From: an uncultured Gemmatimonadales bacterium
GTDB lineage: Bacteria; Gemmatimonadota; Gemmatimonadetes; Longimicrobiales; RSA9
Assembly: GCA_963798085.1 (NCBI GenBank)
Contig: CAWCRS010000003.1
Coordinates: forward strand, 128,001 to 192,000
DNA: 64,000 nt
Reading direction: 5' to 3'
The position numbers and the translations under genes are program-made. The first letter of the stretch is position 1, and the number at the start of each line of letters is the position of its first letter. Shown here one piece after another: positions 28,793 through 38,710 of the stretch. A model generated the notes under the pieces. It did not search any database and had not been told where the DNA came from. It saw nothing but the letters and a program-made list of their open reading frames with translations.

Positions 28793-29848
28793 ATGAGTGC
28801 AATGACAGTGATCGGGCTGGTGGCCGCGCTGGGAACGGCGGGGCCGCCGGTACACGGGGTGGATCCGAAGCCGGCGCCGCGCGCGACGTTGCGGGTAGTG
28901 GCGACGTTGCCGGTGTATGCCTCGATCGTGCGCGCCATTGGCGGCAATGAGGTGACGGTGGTGAGCATCGCGGACCCGCACGAGGACGCGCATTTCGTCC
29001 GGCCCAAGCCGAGCTTCGCGGCGGAGCTGCGGCGCGCGGATCTCTTCATCACGACGGGGCTCGACCTCGAGCTGTGGGTGCCGCCGCTGCTGGACAAGGC
29101 CGGCAACTCGAAGGTCACCGAGGGCGGCCCGGGCTACGTCACCACGTACACGGGCATCAAGCTGCTGGACGTTCCGACCAGCACCGATCGCGCGGCCGGC
29201 GACATCCACATCTACGGCAATCCGCACGTCGCGACCGATCCGCTGAACGCGGTCCAGATCGCGCGCAACATCACGATCGGTCTGAAGAAGGTGGCGCCCG
29301 AGCGGGCCGCGGTGTGGGACAAGGGACTGGGCGCATTCACGGATCAGATCTACCGCCGGCTCTATGGCGACAAGCTGGTCGAGGTCGTGGGCGGCGAGGC
29401 GCTGGCCAACCTGTCGAAACAGGGCAAGCTGCAGAGTTTCCTGGACGCGACGCCCTACCAGGGCAAGCCATTGAGCCAGCAGCTGGGTGGCTGGCTGGCG
29501 GCCGCGGCGCCGTTCCGCGGCAAGGACGTCATCTGCTATCACAAGAACTGGGCCTATTTCGAGGATCGCTTCCAGGTGCATTGCGCCGAATTCGTCGAGG
29601 CCAAGCCCGGCATTCCGCCCACTCCCGGACACGTGGCCGCGCTGATCGACATGATGAAGACGAAGAACATCCGCGTTATCATGGCGGCCGACTATTTCGG
29701 TCGGGAGAAGGTCGAGACAGTGGCACAGCGCGCGGGCGCGAAAGCCGTGATGATGCCGCTGGAACCGGGCGATGAGCCCGGCGTGGACACGTTCTTCGAT
29801 CTCGTGGATGTGTGGGTCAAGAATCTCGCGGCTGCATTCAGTTCCTGA
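28793..29848 (+). CDS. Zn/Mn ABC-type substrate-binding protein (ZnuA/TroA family)
   Basis: VVAT, DAHF, GLDLE, DIH..GNPH..TDP, YHKNW, EAKPGIPPT. Confidence 0.92.
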   Translation: MSAMTVIGLVAALGTAGPPVHGVDPKPAPRATLRVVATLPVYASIVRAIGGNEVTVVSIADPHEDAHFVRPKPSFAAELRRADLFITTGLDLELWVPPLLDKAGNSKVTEGGPGYVTTYTGIKLLDVPTSTDRAAGDIHIYGNPHVATDPLNAVQIARNITIGLKKVAPERAAVWDKGLGAFTDQIYRRLYGDKLVEVVGGEALANLSKQGKLQSFLDATPYQGKPLSQQLGGWLAAAAPFRGKDVICYHKNWAYFEDRFQVHCAEFVEAKPGIPPTPGHVAALIDMMKTKNIRVIMAADYFGREKVETVAQRAGAKAVMMPLEPGDEPGVDTFFDLVDVWVKNLAAAFSS

Positions 29849-29873
29849 GCCATTGCAAGATCGGAGATTCCCG

Positions 29874-30737
29874 ATGCTCGACCTCATTCTGGTTCCGCTG
29901 GCAGCCGCACTGGTGATCCTTGCGATCAACGCCTACTTCGGGCTGCACATCATCCGGCGTGGCGTGATCTTCGTGGACCTCGCCTTCGCGCAGATCGCTG
30001 CGCTGGGCAGCACCGTGGCCTTCCTGCTGGGCGCCCACGGCGGCTCCGCCACCAGCTACTTGTTCGCGTTCGGCTTCACGCTGCTGGGCGCGCTGCTCTT
30101 CAGTTTCACGCGCGTCGAGCACGGCCAGGTTTCGCAGGAAGCCTACATCGGGATCAGCTACGTGGTCGCGTCCGCCGCGGTGATCCTGCTGTCCAGCTTC
30201 ACGGCGGAAGGCACCGAGCACATCAAGGAGACACTGACCGGGTCGCTCATCTGGGTGACATGGCCAACGGTGCTGAAGATCGCGGGCGTCTACGCGCTCA
30301 TCGCCATCTTCCACTGGCTCGTGCGTCACAAGATGATCGCCGTCACGTTCTCGCCGGGCAGCGTGCGCAACGTGCGGCTCTGGGATTTCATCTTCTACGT
30401 TTCTTTCGGCGTCGCCATCACGTTCGCGGTGGACGTCGCGGGCGTGCTCCTGATCTTCAGCACGCTGGTGATTCCCGCCGTGATCGCCTTCCTCTACACC
30501 AACCGGCTGCTCCCCGCGCTGCTGCTGGCATGGGCGACAGGCGCGGTGGCGATCGTCGGCGGCGTCGCGGTTTCCTTCATCTGGGACATCACGACCGGGC
30601 CGCTGCTGGTGGTCGCGTTCGGCGCGGTGCTGGTGGTGGCCGCGTTGCTGCGTCCGCTGCTGCGCCGCCGCGCGCCGGCGGCGCAGCCGCTGCACGGCGC
30701 TCACGAGATGGCCGAGTCGGTTTCCAGCGGCGACTGA
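29874..30737 (+). CDS. Zn/Mn ABC-3 permease (ZnuB-like)
   Basis: GVIFVDLAFAQIAALG, GVLLIFSTLVIPA; multi-TM. Confidence 0.9.
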   Translation: MLDLILVPLAAALVILAINAYFGLHIIRRGVIFVDLAFAQIAALGSTVAFLLGAHGGSATSYLFAFGFTLLGALLFSFTRVEHGQVSQEAYIGISYVVASAAVILLSSFTAEGTEHIKETLTGSLIWVTWPTVLKIAGVYALIAIFHWLVRHKMIAVTFSPGSVRNVRLWDFIFYVSFGVAITFAVDVAGVLLIFSTLVIPAVIAFLYTNRLLPALLLAWATGAVAIVGGVAVSFIWDITTGPLLVVAFGAVLVVAALLRPLLRRRAPAAQPLHGAHEMAESVSSGD

Positions 30738-30749
30738 CCGGCAGCGAGT

Positions 30750-30800
30750 CAGGCCGGCCCGGCACCGGTGCCCACGGTCGCCGGCCGGCCTGTCGTTTCT
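30750..30800 (+). terminator. Hairpin between convergent genes
   Basis: CAGGCCGGCC 30750-30759 pairs with GGCCGGCCTG 30783-30792, then TCGTTTCT. Confidence 0.55.
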
Positions 30801-30802
30801 CC

Positions 30803-32083
30803 CTAACTCGCCGTTAATTCCGCCAACCTGCGCTGCAGATACCTCTGCTCCACCGGATTGCGGCACAGCTCGAGCGCGCGCGCGTACGCGACGGCGGCCT
30901 CCTCGTGCCTCTGCTGGCGACGCAGCAGATCGGCCCTCGCCGCGTGCAGCAGGTGGAACTGCTCGAGCACGCCGCGCAGCGCCAGTTCGTCCAGCAGCCG
31001 CAGTCCCTCCGCCGGACCGCTCGCCATGGCCACGGCGGCGGCGCGATTCAGCTCGATGACCGGAGTCGGCTGCTGCTCCAGCAGCTCGCCGTAGAGTGCT
31101 GCAATGCGCGCCCAGTCGGTAGCCGCGGCCGCCGGCGCGCGCGCGTGCTGGGCAGCGATCTCCGCCTGCAGCAGGAACGGTCCCCGTCCACGGCCCGCGC
31201 CTGCCTGCGCCAGCAGTGCCAGTCCCTCCGCGATGTGCGCGCGGTCCCAGCGCGTGCGGTCCTGATACTCGAGTGTTATCAGCTGCCCGGCCGCATCGGT
31301 GCGCGTCGCGCGGCGTGAGTGGTGCAGCAGCATCAGCGCCAGCAGAGCGCTGACTTCGGCGTCCGCGGGCAGCAGCTGCCGCAGCAGCCGGCCCAGCCGG
31401 ATGGCCTCGGCACAGAGATCGGCGCGCAGCAGCGTGTCGCCTGCAGTCGCGGCGTAGCCTTCATTGAAGACCAGGTACACGACCGCCCGCACAGCCGCCG
31501 TCCGCTCGGGCAGTGCTTCGGGGGGCGGCACGCGATAGGGAATCCCCGCGTCGCGGATCTTGCGCTGCGCGCGCACCAGCCGCTGCGCCATGGTGCTCTC
31601 ACTGACCAGGAACGCACGCGCGATCTCGCGCGTCGCCAGCCCGGCGACCGCGCGCAGCGTCAGCGCCACCTGTGCTTCCTCGTGCAGGGCCGGATGGCAG
31701 CAGGTGAAGATCAGGCGCAACCGGTCATCATCCGGAACGGGGGCGACGACATCGCTCGCCTTCTCTTCTTCTCCGATCTGGCCGGCCGCTTCTTCCAGCT
31801 GCAGCAGACTCTGCAGTGCCTCCTGGTTGCGACGGAACGACTGATCGCGCCGCAGCCGGTCGAGTGCCCGGCGGCGCGCGGTGGTGGTGATCCACGCCGC
31901 CGGCCGCTGCGGAATACCGTCCCTGCCCCACGCATCGAGCGCGCGCACCAGCGCGTCGTGCAGCGCATCTTCCGCCAGCTCGAAGTCGCCACACGCGCGG
32001 ATCAGTGTGGCGAGGATCGCGGTGGCCTGTTCGCGGAAGACCCGCTCGATGGCGGCGCGTGCATCCGTTGCGCTGGCGCTCAC
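30803..32083 (-). CDS. ECF42-type RNA polymerase sigma factor with C-terminal TPR-like extension; start 32083 or 32098
   Basis: [55 protein letters not shown]; follows a YCII gene. Confidence 0.92.
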   Translation of the reverse strand: MSASATDARAAIERVFREQATAILATLIRACGDFELAEDALHDALVRALDAWGRDGIPQRPAAWITTTARRRALDRLRRDQSFRRNQEALQSLLQLEEAAGQIGEEEKASDVVAPVPDDDRLRLIFTCCHPALHEEAQVALTLRAVAGLATREIARAFLVSESTMAQRLVRAQRKIRDAGIPYRVPPPEALPERTAAVRAVVYLVFNEGYAATAGDTLLRADLCAEAIRLGRLLRQLLPADAEVSALLALMLLHHSRRATRTDAAGQLITLEYQDRTRWDRAHIAEGLALLAQAGAGRGRGPFLLQAEIAAQHARAPAAAATDWARIAALYGELLEQQPTPVIELNRAAAVAMASGPAEGLRLLDELALRGVLEQFHLLHAARADLLRRQQRHEEAAVAYARALELCRNPVEQRYLQRRLAELTAS

Positions 32084-32087
32084 ACGC

Positions 32088-32429
32088 TCACTCGACACCC
32101 GCGTGAACCGGTCGGATCTCGACCGAGCCGCGGCCCACGCTGGGAATGCGTGACGCCCAGTCGATGGCCTCGTCGAGATCACTGCACTGGAGGATGTAGA
32201 GGCCGGCCAGCTGCTCGCGCGTTTCGGCGAAGGGGCCGTCCGTCGTCAGCAGTCGACCTTCCCGCCGGCGCACTGTGGTGGCGGTGCCCGTCGGCCTCAG
32301 TCCCGCGCCGGCCTTCCACACGCCGGCCTGCTTCACGCTCTTCGAGTACTCGAACCACGGCGTCAGGTCTCCGTGATCCGGGCCATCCCAGTTCTTCTCT
32401 TCGTCATAGATGAGCAGCGCGTAGAACAT
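32088..32429 (-). CDS. YCII/DGPF family protein
   Basis: [27 protein letters not shown]. Confidence 0.93.
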   Translation of the reverse strand: MFYALLIYDEEKNWDGPDHGDLTPWFEYSKSVKQAGVWKAGAGLRPTGTATTVRRREGRLLTTDGPFAETREQLAGLYILQCSDLDEAIDWASRIPSVGRGSVEIRPVHAGVE

Positions 32430-32471
32430 CCCGTCCTCCTCGCGGATGGTGAACGTCACGTCCGGATAATC

Positions 32472-32497
32472 GACGAACGGGCTTCACGAAATCGACA
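32472..32497 (-). promoter_or_regulatory. ECF42-type promoter TGTCGA-N16-CGTC
   Basis: Minus strand reads TGTCGA tttcgtgaagcccgtt CGTC, ~43 nt upstream of the YCII ATG. Confidence 0.75.
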
Positions 32498-32526
32498 GGA
32501 TTGAGAGTGATGCGCGGCAGGCAGGC

Positions 32527-32578
32527 AGGAAAGCGCCGACGGGAGGCCGGTGCGCGTGCCGGCCTCCCGTCGCGGCGC
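32527..32578 (-). terminator. Terminator hairpin downstream of the APC permease
   Basis: Perfect 14-bp stem CGACGGGAGGCCGG 32537-32550 / CCGGCCTCCCGTCG 32559-32572. Confidence 0.7.
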
Positions 32579-32660
32579 TCACATGCTCGTGGTTGTGCAG
32601 GGACTGAGGTTCGCGCCGGCCCCACGCAAGGTCGGTGTCGGCGCTCCCTCGACGCGGGCC

Positions 32661-34112
32661 TTAGTCGGCAGCCGCCCCTCCTCGCTCGCGCAAGCGCAAT
32701 GCGCCTGCACGACCGTAGAGGAAGTAGATCAGCAGTCCGATCACCAGCCAGATGATCAGCCGCTCCCACGTGGCAAGTGGCAGACCCGCCATCAGGTAGA
32801 AGCAGGAGGCGGCGCCCAGCAGCGGCACCCACGGCATGGCCGGGGTCCTGAACGGACGCGGCAGCTCCGGCTGCGTGCGCCGCAACACCAGCACGCCGAG
32901 GCACACCAGCACGAACGCCAGCAGTGTGCCGATGGACACCAGCTCACCCAGGATGCTGATGGGGAAGAGCGCGGCTGCGATCGCCACGCAAACGCCGGTC
33001 ACCGCTGTCGTGATGTACGGCGTGCGGAACTTGGGGTGGATCTTGCCGAACACGGGCGGCAGCAGACCGTCGCGGCTCATCGAGTAGAAGATGCGGGGCT
33101 GGCCCAGCAGCATCACGAGGATGACGCTCGAAAGACCCGCGATCGCGCCCAGCTTGATCAACGGCCGCAGCCAGAACAGGCCGGTCGCGTCAATACCCAC
33201 TGCCATGGGGTCCGCCACATTGAGCTGCCCGTAGGGCACGATGCCGGTGAGCACCGCGGACACCGCAATGTAGAGCACGGTGCAGATCAGGAGTGATGCG
33301 AGAATGCCGATGGGCATGTCGCGTTGAGGGTTCTTCGCCTCCTGCGCCGCCGTCGATACCGCATCGAATCCGATGTAGGCGAAGAAGATCACGCCGGCGC
33401 CGCGCAGCACGCCGCTCCAGCCGTAGACACCGAAGGTACCGTTGTTGGGCGGAATGAACGGTGTGAGGTTCGCCGGCTTCACGTACTGCGCGCCGAACGC
33501 GATGAACAGCAGCACCACGCACACCTTGAGGATCACGATCACCGCATTGGTGCGTGCCGATTCCTGAATGCCGATGATCAGCAGCGTCGAAACCGCCAGC
33601 ACGATGAGCATGGCAGGCAGGTTGAAGATCGCGGTTACCGGACCGCCTGCCGTGTTGATCACGGTGCCCGGCGCCGCGGAAAGCGCCGCCGGTATGTTGA
33701 TGTGGATGTCACGCAGGAAGCTGATCACGTAGCCGGACCAGCCCACGGCCACCGTGGAGGCGCCCAGCGAGTACTCGAGGATCAGGTCCCAGCCGATGAT
33801 CCACGCCAGCAGCTCGCCCATGGTCGCGTACGCATACGTGTACGCGCTGCCGGCGACCGGGATCATGCTCGCCAGCTCCGCATAGCAGAGGCCCGCGAAG
33901 GCGCAGGCGATGCCGGCGAACACGAACGACAGCACGATCGCCGGGCCCGCATACTGTGCCGCCGCCTGACCGGTCAGCACGAAAATGCCCGCGCCAATGA
34001 TGGCGCCCACGCCCAGCGTCGTGAGGTTGAGCGGTCCGAGCACGCGTTTCAGGGTGCCGGAATCCGCCTCGCGCTGCAGCGATTCGAAACTCTTCCTCGC
34101 CATCATCGACAT
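32661..34112 (-). CDS. APC family amino acid permease (cationic amino acid transporter-like)
   Basis: [52 protein letters not shown]. Confidence 0.96.
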   Translation of the reverse strand: MSMMARKSFESLQREADSGTLKRVLGPLNLTTLGVGAIIGAGIFVLTGQAAAQYAGPAIVLSFVFAGIACAFAGLCYAELASMIPVAGSAYTYAYATMGELLAWIIGWDLILEYSLGASTVAVGWSGYVISFLRDIHINIPAALSAAPGTVINTAGGPVTAIFNLPAMLIVLAVSTLLIIGIQESARTNAVIVILKVCVVLLFIAFGAQYVKPANLTPFIPPNNGTFGVYGWSGVLRGAGVIFFAYIGFDAVSTAAQEAKNPQRDMPIGILASLLICTVLYIAVSAVLTGIVPYGQLNVADPMAVGIDATGLFWLRPLIKLGAIAGLSSVILVMLLGQPRIFYSMSRDGLLPPVFGKIHPKFRTPYITTAVTGVCVAIAAALFPISILGELVSIGTLLAFVLVCLGVLVLRRTQPELPRPFRTPAMPWVPLLGAASCFYLMAGLPLATWERLIIWLVIGLLIYFLYGRAGALRLRERGGAAAD

Positions 34113-34119
34113 GGTCTTC

Positions 34120-34305
34120 TCACACCCCCTTGTTGGTCCGGCTGCCTCGCCAGACGAGGTACACGAAACCGAGCAGCAGGACGTAGCCTACAATGGCCGG
34201 CGCGTTGTGTGGAATGCTCGAAAGGATCTTGCCGAGCGTAAGACCCTGGCCCTGCACTGCCGGTGACGCCGGTGCTGCCTGTATCATCAAGGTGGATTGG
34301 ATCAT
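34120..34305 (-). CDS. Small single-TM membrane protein (61 aa)
   Basis: GGAGG SD; hydrophobic [16 protein letters not shown] then basic tail; ends 7 nt before the permease start. Confidence 0.7.
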   Translation of the reverse strand: MIQSTLMIQAAPASPAVQGQGLTLGKILSSIPHNAPAIVGYVLLLGFVYLVWRGSRTNKGV

Positions 34306-34637
34306 GCTGCAGTCTTCCTCCTGCCCGGGTCTGCGGCACGGCGCGTTGCGCCGCCCGTCGTTCGCCGCGCGCTGCTCCTCCGGTGCGCGGGCCGTGACGG
34401 ATCCCGTCCATCGGCCCGCATCGCCGACGCGATGTCCGGGCAAGTGCGGATGGAGAGCGCGAGCGGGCCTGGTGTGAGTCTGGCGGCAACCCCGGACTGC
34501 GCCGTCGCCATCAGAGGCGGCATCGCGGTCGGGAGCAATCGAGTACGGGTTCCATGGATGCGCACCGATACGCGAAAGGAGGCGCCAGCGCCTCCTGCCT
34601 GAGTTGGTACAAACGCCGAAATTGGGACGGTCGGGGC

Positions 34638-34666
34638 ATGTTAGTGCTCGCCTCCCGGCCCGTCAA
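34638..34666 (-). promoter_or_regulatory. Sigma70-type promoter TTGACG-N17-TAACAT
   Basis: -35 at 34661-34666 and -10 at 34638-34643 on the minus strand, 17-nt spacer. Confidence 0.7.
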
Positions 34667-34750
34667 TGCCGCGTGGTGGAGGACTTGCCCGGATGCGTGC
34701 GCGGCTCGATGCTGTGCCGGGCACATGGTGAAATTCGAGCGTGAGGACGC

Positions 34751-35860
34751 GTGAATACGGGGAGCGTCGCACTCTTCGTTCTGGGGCTGGTGCTGCTGAT
34801 CGTGGGCGCGGAGGGCCTGGTGCGCGGCTCCAGTCGCCTGGCGCGGCGCCTGGGCGTGCCTTCACTCATCATCGGGCTCACCATCGTGGCCTTCGGCACC
34901 AGTTCGCCGGAAGTGCTGGTCAGCGTCCAGGCCGCCATCGCCGGACGGCCCGACATCGCGCTCGGCAATGTGGTGGGGAGCAACATCTTCAACGTACTGT
35001 TCATCCTGGGCGTGTCGGCGCTGGTGTCGCCGCTCATCGTATCCGAGCAGCTGGTACGGAGCGATGTGCCGATCATGATCGGCGTTTCCTCGCTGGCCAT
35101 GCTGTTCGCCATGAACGGCAGACTGGGACGGGCGGAAGGCGCGTTACTGCTGCTGCTGCTCGTGCTGTACGTTGGTTTCCTCGTGTGGCTGGCGAGACGG
35201 CAGTCGCCGGCGCCAGTCGAGGCGGTGGGCCAGGGCCCGCCGCCCCCTCGACCGCGCACACGCTGGCAGCAGCTGTTCATTGACGGCGTCCTCATCGTGC
35301 TGGGGCTGGTGCTGCTGGTGGCCGGCTCGCGCTGGCTGGTGCTCGGCGCGGTCGAGATCGCGCGCGCCCTCGGCGTCAGCGAGCTGGTGATCGGACTGAC
35401 CATCGTCGCCGCCGGCACATCACTGCCCGAAGTCGCGACATCGGTTGTGGCCAGCATCCGCAAGGAACGCGACATCGCGGTGGGTAACATCATCGGCAGC
35501 AACATCTTCAACCTGCTGGGCGTGCTGGGCTGCGCGGCGCTGGTGGCGAAGGGCGGCATCAACGTGCCGGAAGCCGCGCTGACCTTCGACATGCCGGTGA
35601 TGATCACGGTGTCAATGGCGTGCCTGCCCGTGTTCTTCGCCGGTTTCCGCATCGACCGCTGGGAGGGCGCCATCTTCCTGAGCTACTACGTGGCATACAT
35701 CACGTTCCTCATCCTGGACGCCACCCATCATGAGGCGCTGCCCGTGTTCACCGGCATCATGCTGCTGTTCGTGGTGCCGCTGACGATGCTGACGTTCACC
35801 GTGGTGCTGGTACGCTCCCGCCTGGCGCAGTCGGGCGCGGCGCGCTCCCCGTCCAAGTGA
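34751..35860 (+). CDS. Ca2+/Na+ antiporter (CaCA, YrbG-like)
   Basis: Two alpha repeats GTSSPE..GNVVGSNIFN and GTSLPE..GNIIGSNIFN. Confidence 0.95.
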   Translation: MNTGSVALFVLGLVLLIVGAEGLVRGSSRLARRLGVPSLIIGLTIVAFGTSSPEVLVSVQAAIAGRPDIALGNVVGSNIFNVLFILGVSALVSPLIVSEQLVRSDVPIMIGVSSLAMLFAMNGRLGRAEGALLLLLLVLYVGFLVWLARRQSPAPVEAVGQGPPPPRPRTRWQQLFIDGVLIVLGLVLLVAGSRWLVLGAVEIARALGVSELVIGLTIVAAGTSLPEVATSVVASIRKERDIAVGNIIGSNIFNLLGVLGCAALVAKGGINVPEAALTFDMPVMITVSMACLPVFFAGFRIDRWEGAIFLSYYVAYITFLILDATHHEALPVFTGIMLLFVVPLTMLTFTVVLVRSRLAQSGAARSPSK

Positions 35861-35933
35861 TTGCGTACCGGTGATGCCAGGGATGGCAGGCGACGCCGCC
35901 GCCGCTCGCCTGCGTCGCGCTTCTAACAGCCTG

Positions 35934-36371
35934 TCAGTCGTCGGGCTGCACGGGACCGCGCTCCCGCTTGCGTTCGCCGCGCTGCTTCTTGCTGCGCAGT
36001 CGCGCTTCGCGCGCGGCTCTGGTCGGCTTCGTCCGCCGGCGAGGCTTCGGCCGGCGCATGGCCGTGGCGAGCAGCGAGGCGAAGCGTTCGGTCGCAGCCT
36101 CGCGGTTGCGCAGCTGGCTGCGCTCGCCGGCGGCGACCAGGCGCAGCACACCGCGGCTGTCCAGGCGGCTGGCCAGCCGAATCAGCAGGTACGCCCGCTG
36201 CTCCTCACTGAGCGAAGGCGATGCGCTGACATCCCAGGTAAGCTCGATGCGCGTGGCCGACGTGTTGACGTGCTGGCCGCCGGGACCGCCCGCGCGCGTC
36301 GCGCGGTAGCTCAGTTCGGCCCGTGGTATGACCAGCTGCTCATTGATGCGGATCGCATCATCCTCCATCAT
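35934..36371 (-). CDS. arfB: Alternative ribosome rescue factor B
   Basis: AGGPGGQHVN, RSQLRNR, basic tail PKPRRRTKPT..KKQRG. Confidence 0.95.
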   Translation of the reverse strand: MMEDDAIRINEQLVIPRAELSYRATRAGGPGGQHVNTSATRIELTWDVSASPSLSEEQRAYLLIRLASRLDSRGVLRLVAAGERSQLRNREAATERFASLLATAMRRPKPRRRTKPTRAAREARLRSKKQRGERKRERGPVQPDD

Positions 36372-36520
36372 GCGCGGAGTGTGCGCTCGTGAACTGCGCC
36401 GCGCAATGTCACGCACGCCGCAGGCTTCCCCTCGCTGCGGCGGATGATAGCGCCGTGCTTCAGCGGAGCGCGCGGGAAAGGGCGGAATGCCCGCGCCGGC
36501 GAGGGTCATCGCAGGCACGC

Positions 36521-37183
36521 GTGCGGCAGGCGCTTGTGCTGCCGTTTCTTGCGTGGGTGGTGGCGCTGTCAGCCTGCGGCCGGCCGCCCGTCGATCAGCC
36601 TGCGGCGCAGACCGCGCCCGCGGACACCGTGCTGCGCGATGCGCTGTTGCGCATGGGACTGCTCGATCAGACGGTGCGCGCGGGTCTCACGGCGAGTGCG
36701 GTGGCGGATACCGGCTTCATGCGCGCCACGCTGGCCATGGACTCGGCCCTGACTCGCCGTTTGCGGCTCATTGTCACGCAGAAGGGCTGGCCCGGCTGGG
36801 ACATGGTAGGGCGCAAGGCGGGTGATGCGGCGTTCCTCGTGCTGCAGCACAGTCCATCGGATGCATTTCAGCGCGAACTGCTGCCCAGGCTGGAGAAGGC
36901 GGCCGCGGCCGGTCAGGCAGCGCCGGGTGATGTGGCTCTGCTGACCGACCGCGTGCGCACCCACGATGGCAGACCGCAGCGTTACGGCACGCAGTTCCGC
37001 ATCGTGGAGGGCGCGCTGGTGCCGTATCCCATCGAAGACCTCGGGGCTCTCGACCGACTCCGTGCCGAGGTCGGGCTCATGCCCATGAGTGAATACGTGA
37101 AGCTGCTCGAGCAGACCTACGACGGGCCGGTCCGCTGGCCGCCGGACGCCACAGCGCCGCACGCCACGACGACGACACACTGA
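36521..37183 (+). CDS. DUF6624-like lipoprotein; start approximate
   Basis: Lipobox LSAC, DQ.VR, GWPG..MVG, FLVLQH, LTDRV, PQRYGTQF. Confidence 0.8.
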   Translation: MRQALVLPFLAWVVALSACGRPPVDQPAAQTAPADTVLRDALLRMGLLDQTVRAGLTASAVADTGFMRATLAMDSALTRRLRLIVTQKGWPGWDMVGRKAGDAAFLVLQHSPSDAFQRELLPRLEKAAAAGQAAPGDVALLTDRVRTHDGRPQRYGTQFRIVEGALVPYPIEDLGALDRLRAEVGLMPMSEYVKLLEQTYDGPVRWPPDATAPHATTTTH

Positions 37184-37210
37184 GACGCATCGTCGCCTGT
37201 CATCCGTGCA

Positions 37211-38477
37211 TCAGCTGGCCTCGGCCGCGTGCACGGTCGTGATGTCACCCACGCGGATGCGGCGGATGTGGTCCACATCGTCCGTGTCCTTCCACACGCC
37301 ATACACCTCGTTACCCTTGATGCGCATCGGGTTGAAGTGGTCGGGCATCGTGATGGCGCCCAGGTACTTTCCATCCTTGTCGAAGACATCCCAGACGGGT
37401 GAGCCGGCGTTCTGCGGATCGAATTCGCCGCCTTCCTTCTGCACATCCGCCGCGGTGCGGATGCGCTGCACCCAGAGCGACGATGCCGGGCCTGCGATCA
37501 GCTGCGCGAACGCGGGATAGTTGTCCGCGAACTGCACGCTGTTCATCACGATGTCCATGGCCTGCGGCGGCACGCCCTGCCGCTGGAACAGCTCGCGGAT
37601 CAGCTTGAGGAATGCCTGCTTGTCCGCATCGGTCACCGGCTTGCGCTCGACGTTGCGGCGCACGATGCGCTGCAGCTTGCCGGTGCGGTCGTGCACGAGG
37701 ATGCTGTACTCCGAGTTCACGGCGTAGTAGAATGTGGCCGTCTTCACCCAGCGCCCAGATGGGTTCCGAGTCGAAGAGCCTGATGGTCATCGAGCCCTTG
37801 CCCATCTGGAACGACTTGCCCGGCGGCAGCTCGAGCACGGTGTCCATGATGGCGCCGGCCGGACTGCGCACGAGCAGCAGATCCTTCGGCTCGACCTGCG
37901 TCTGCGCGCCGGGGAAGTTCATCATGCGCAGCTGCTGGATGATCTGACCATCTGCCGCCACGGCCCACTTGATGGGAATGCCGCTCGAGATCGGAATGGG
38001 GAAGCCGGTCAGCAGTGTACCGTCCGAGGCGAAGCGCATCACTTCCTGTTTGCCCATGTCGGGAACCAGCAGCGTGTCGCCAGGGACGATGATGAAGCCC
38101 GCTGTGGCGGGTCCGAACTCACCCGGGCCGTTGCCTGGCTTGCCAATGGTACGCACGTACTTCCCCGCCGCATCGAACACGCGGATGTTGTGCGCCTGGG
38201 CATCGAGCACGTACATCGAGCCGTCAGCACCCACATCGAGACCCGCGACCTGACCGAACTGGTAGTTCACGTCGCCGCCCGTGCTGCCGAACGTGAGCTC
38301 CTCCTTGATGTCCGGCTGCTGGGCCGCCGTCCAGATGGGTTGTTCCGGATTCTGCACGATCTGCACGCCCGCGCTGTCGGAAACGGTGCCGGCCCAGCTG
38401 TCCCGCTGGCCGCACGCCGCAACCGCGAACACCAGGAATGCCGCCAACCGGTAATGGCTGGTGCCATGCCTCTTCAT
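37211..38477 (-). CDS. 6-bladed beta-propeller lipoprotein; apparent +1 frameshift at ~37732
   Basis: Lipobox VAAC, DSAGVQIV, GNGPGEF, WDVFDKDGKYLG; removing one T gives DGHIYYAVNS. Confidence 0.82.
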
Positions 38478-38710
38478 GCTGCGCTCCTCTGGATCGAGTG
38501 GGTGGCCACGGAGCATAACGCAGGACGACGAGACGGGGGAGTGCTCGCGGTCCGCGCGACGTGGCCGGACACAATACGCGGACCTGCGCGAGCGGATTCA
38601 CTGGCAGGGCGTAACCGGCTGCGTTGTCGCATATTGTCGCGTCCGGTGCAGCTTCGCAAATTTGTGCTGCGTACGCGGACGCTCGCATGCCCCTTGCCGC
38701 CGCGAATCTC

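Noticed and set aside
34302..34565. Arg-rich ORF bridging the mini-ORF and the small TM gene by TGATG/ATGA overlaps
   Set aside because: No SD and composition typical of non-coding GC-rich frames; overlaps may be coincidental
35934..36371. Functional link between arfB and the arrest-peptide leaders
   Set aside because: About 9 kb from either leader among unrelated genes; no evidence beyond proximity
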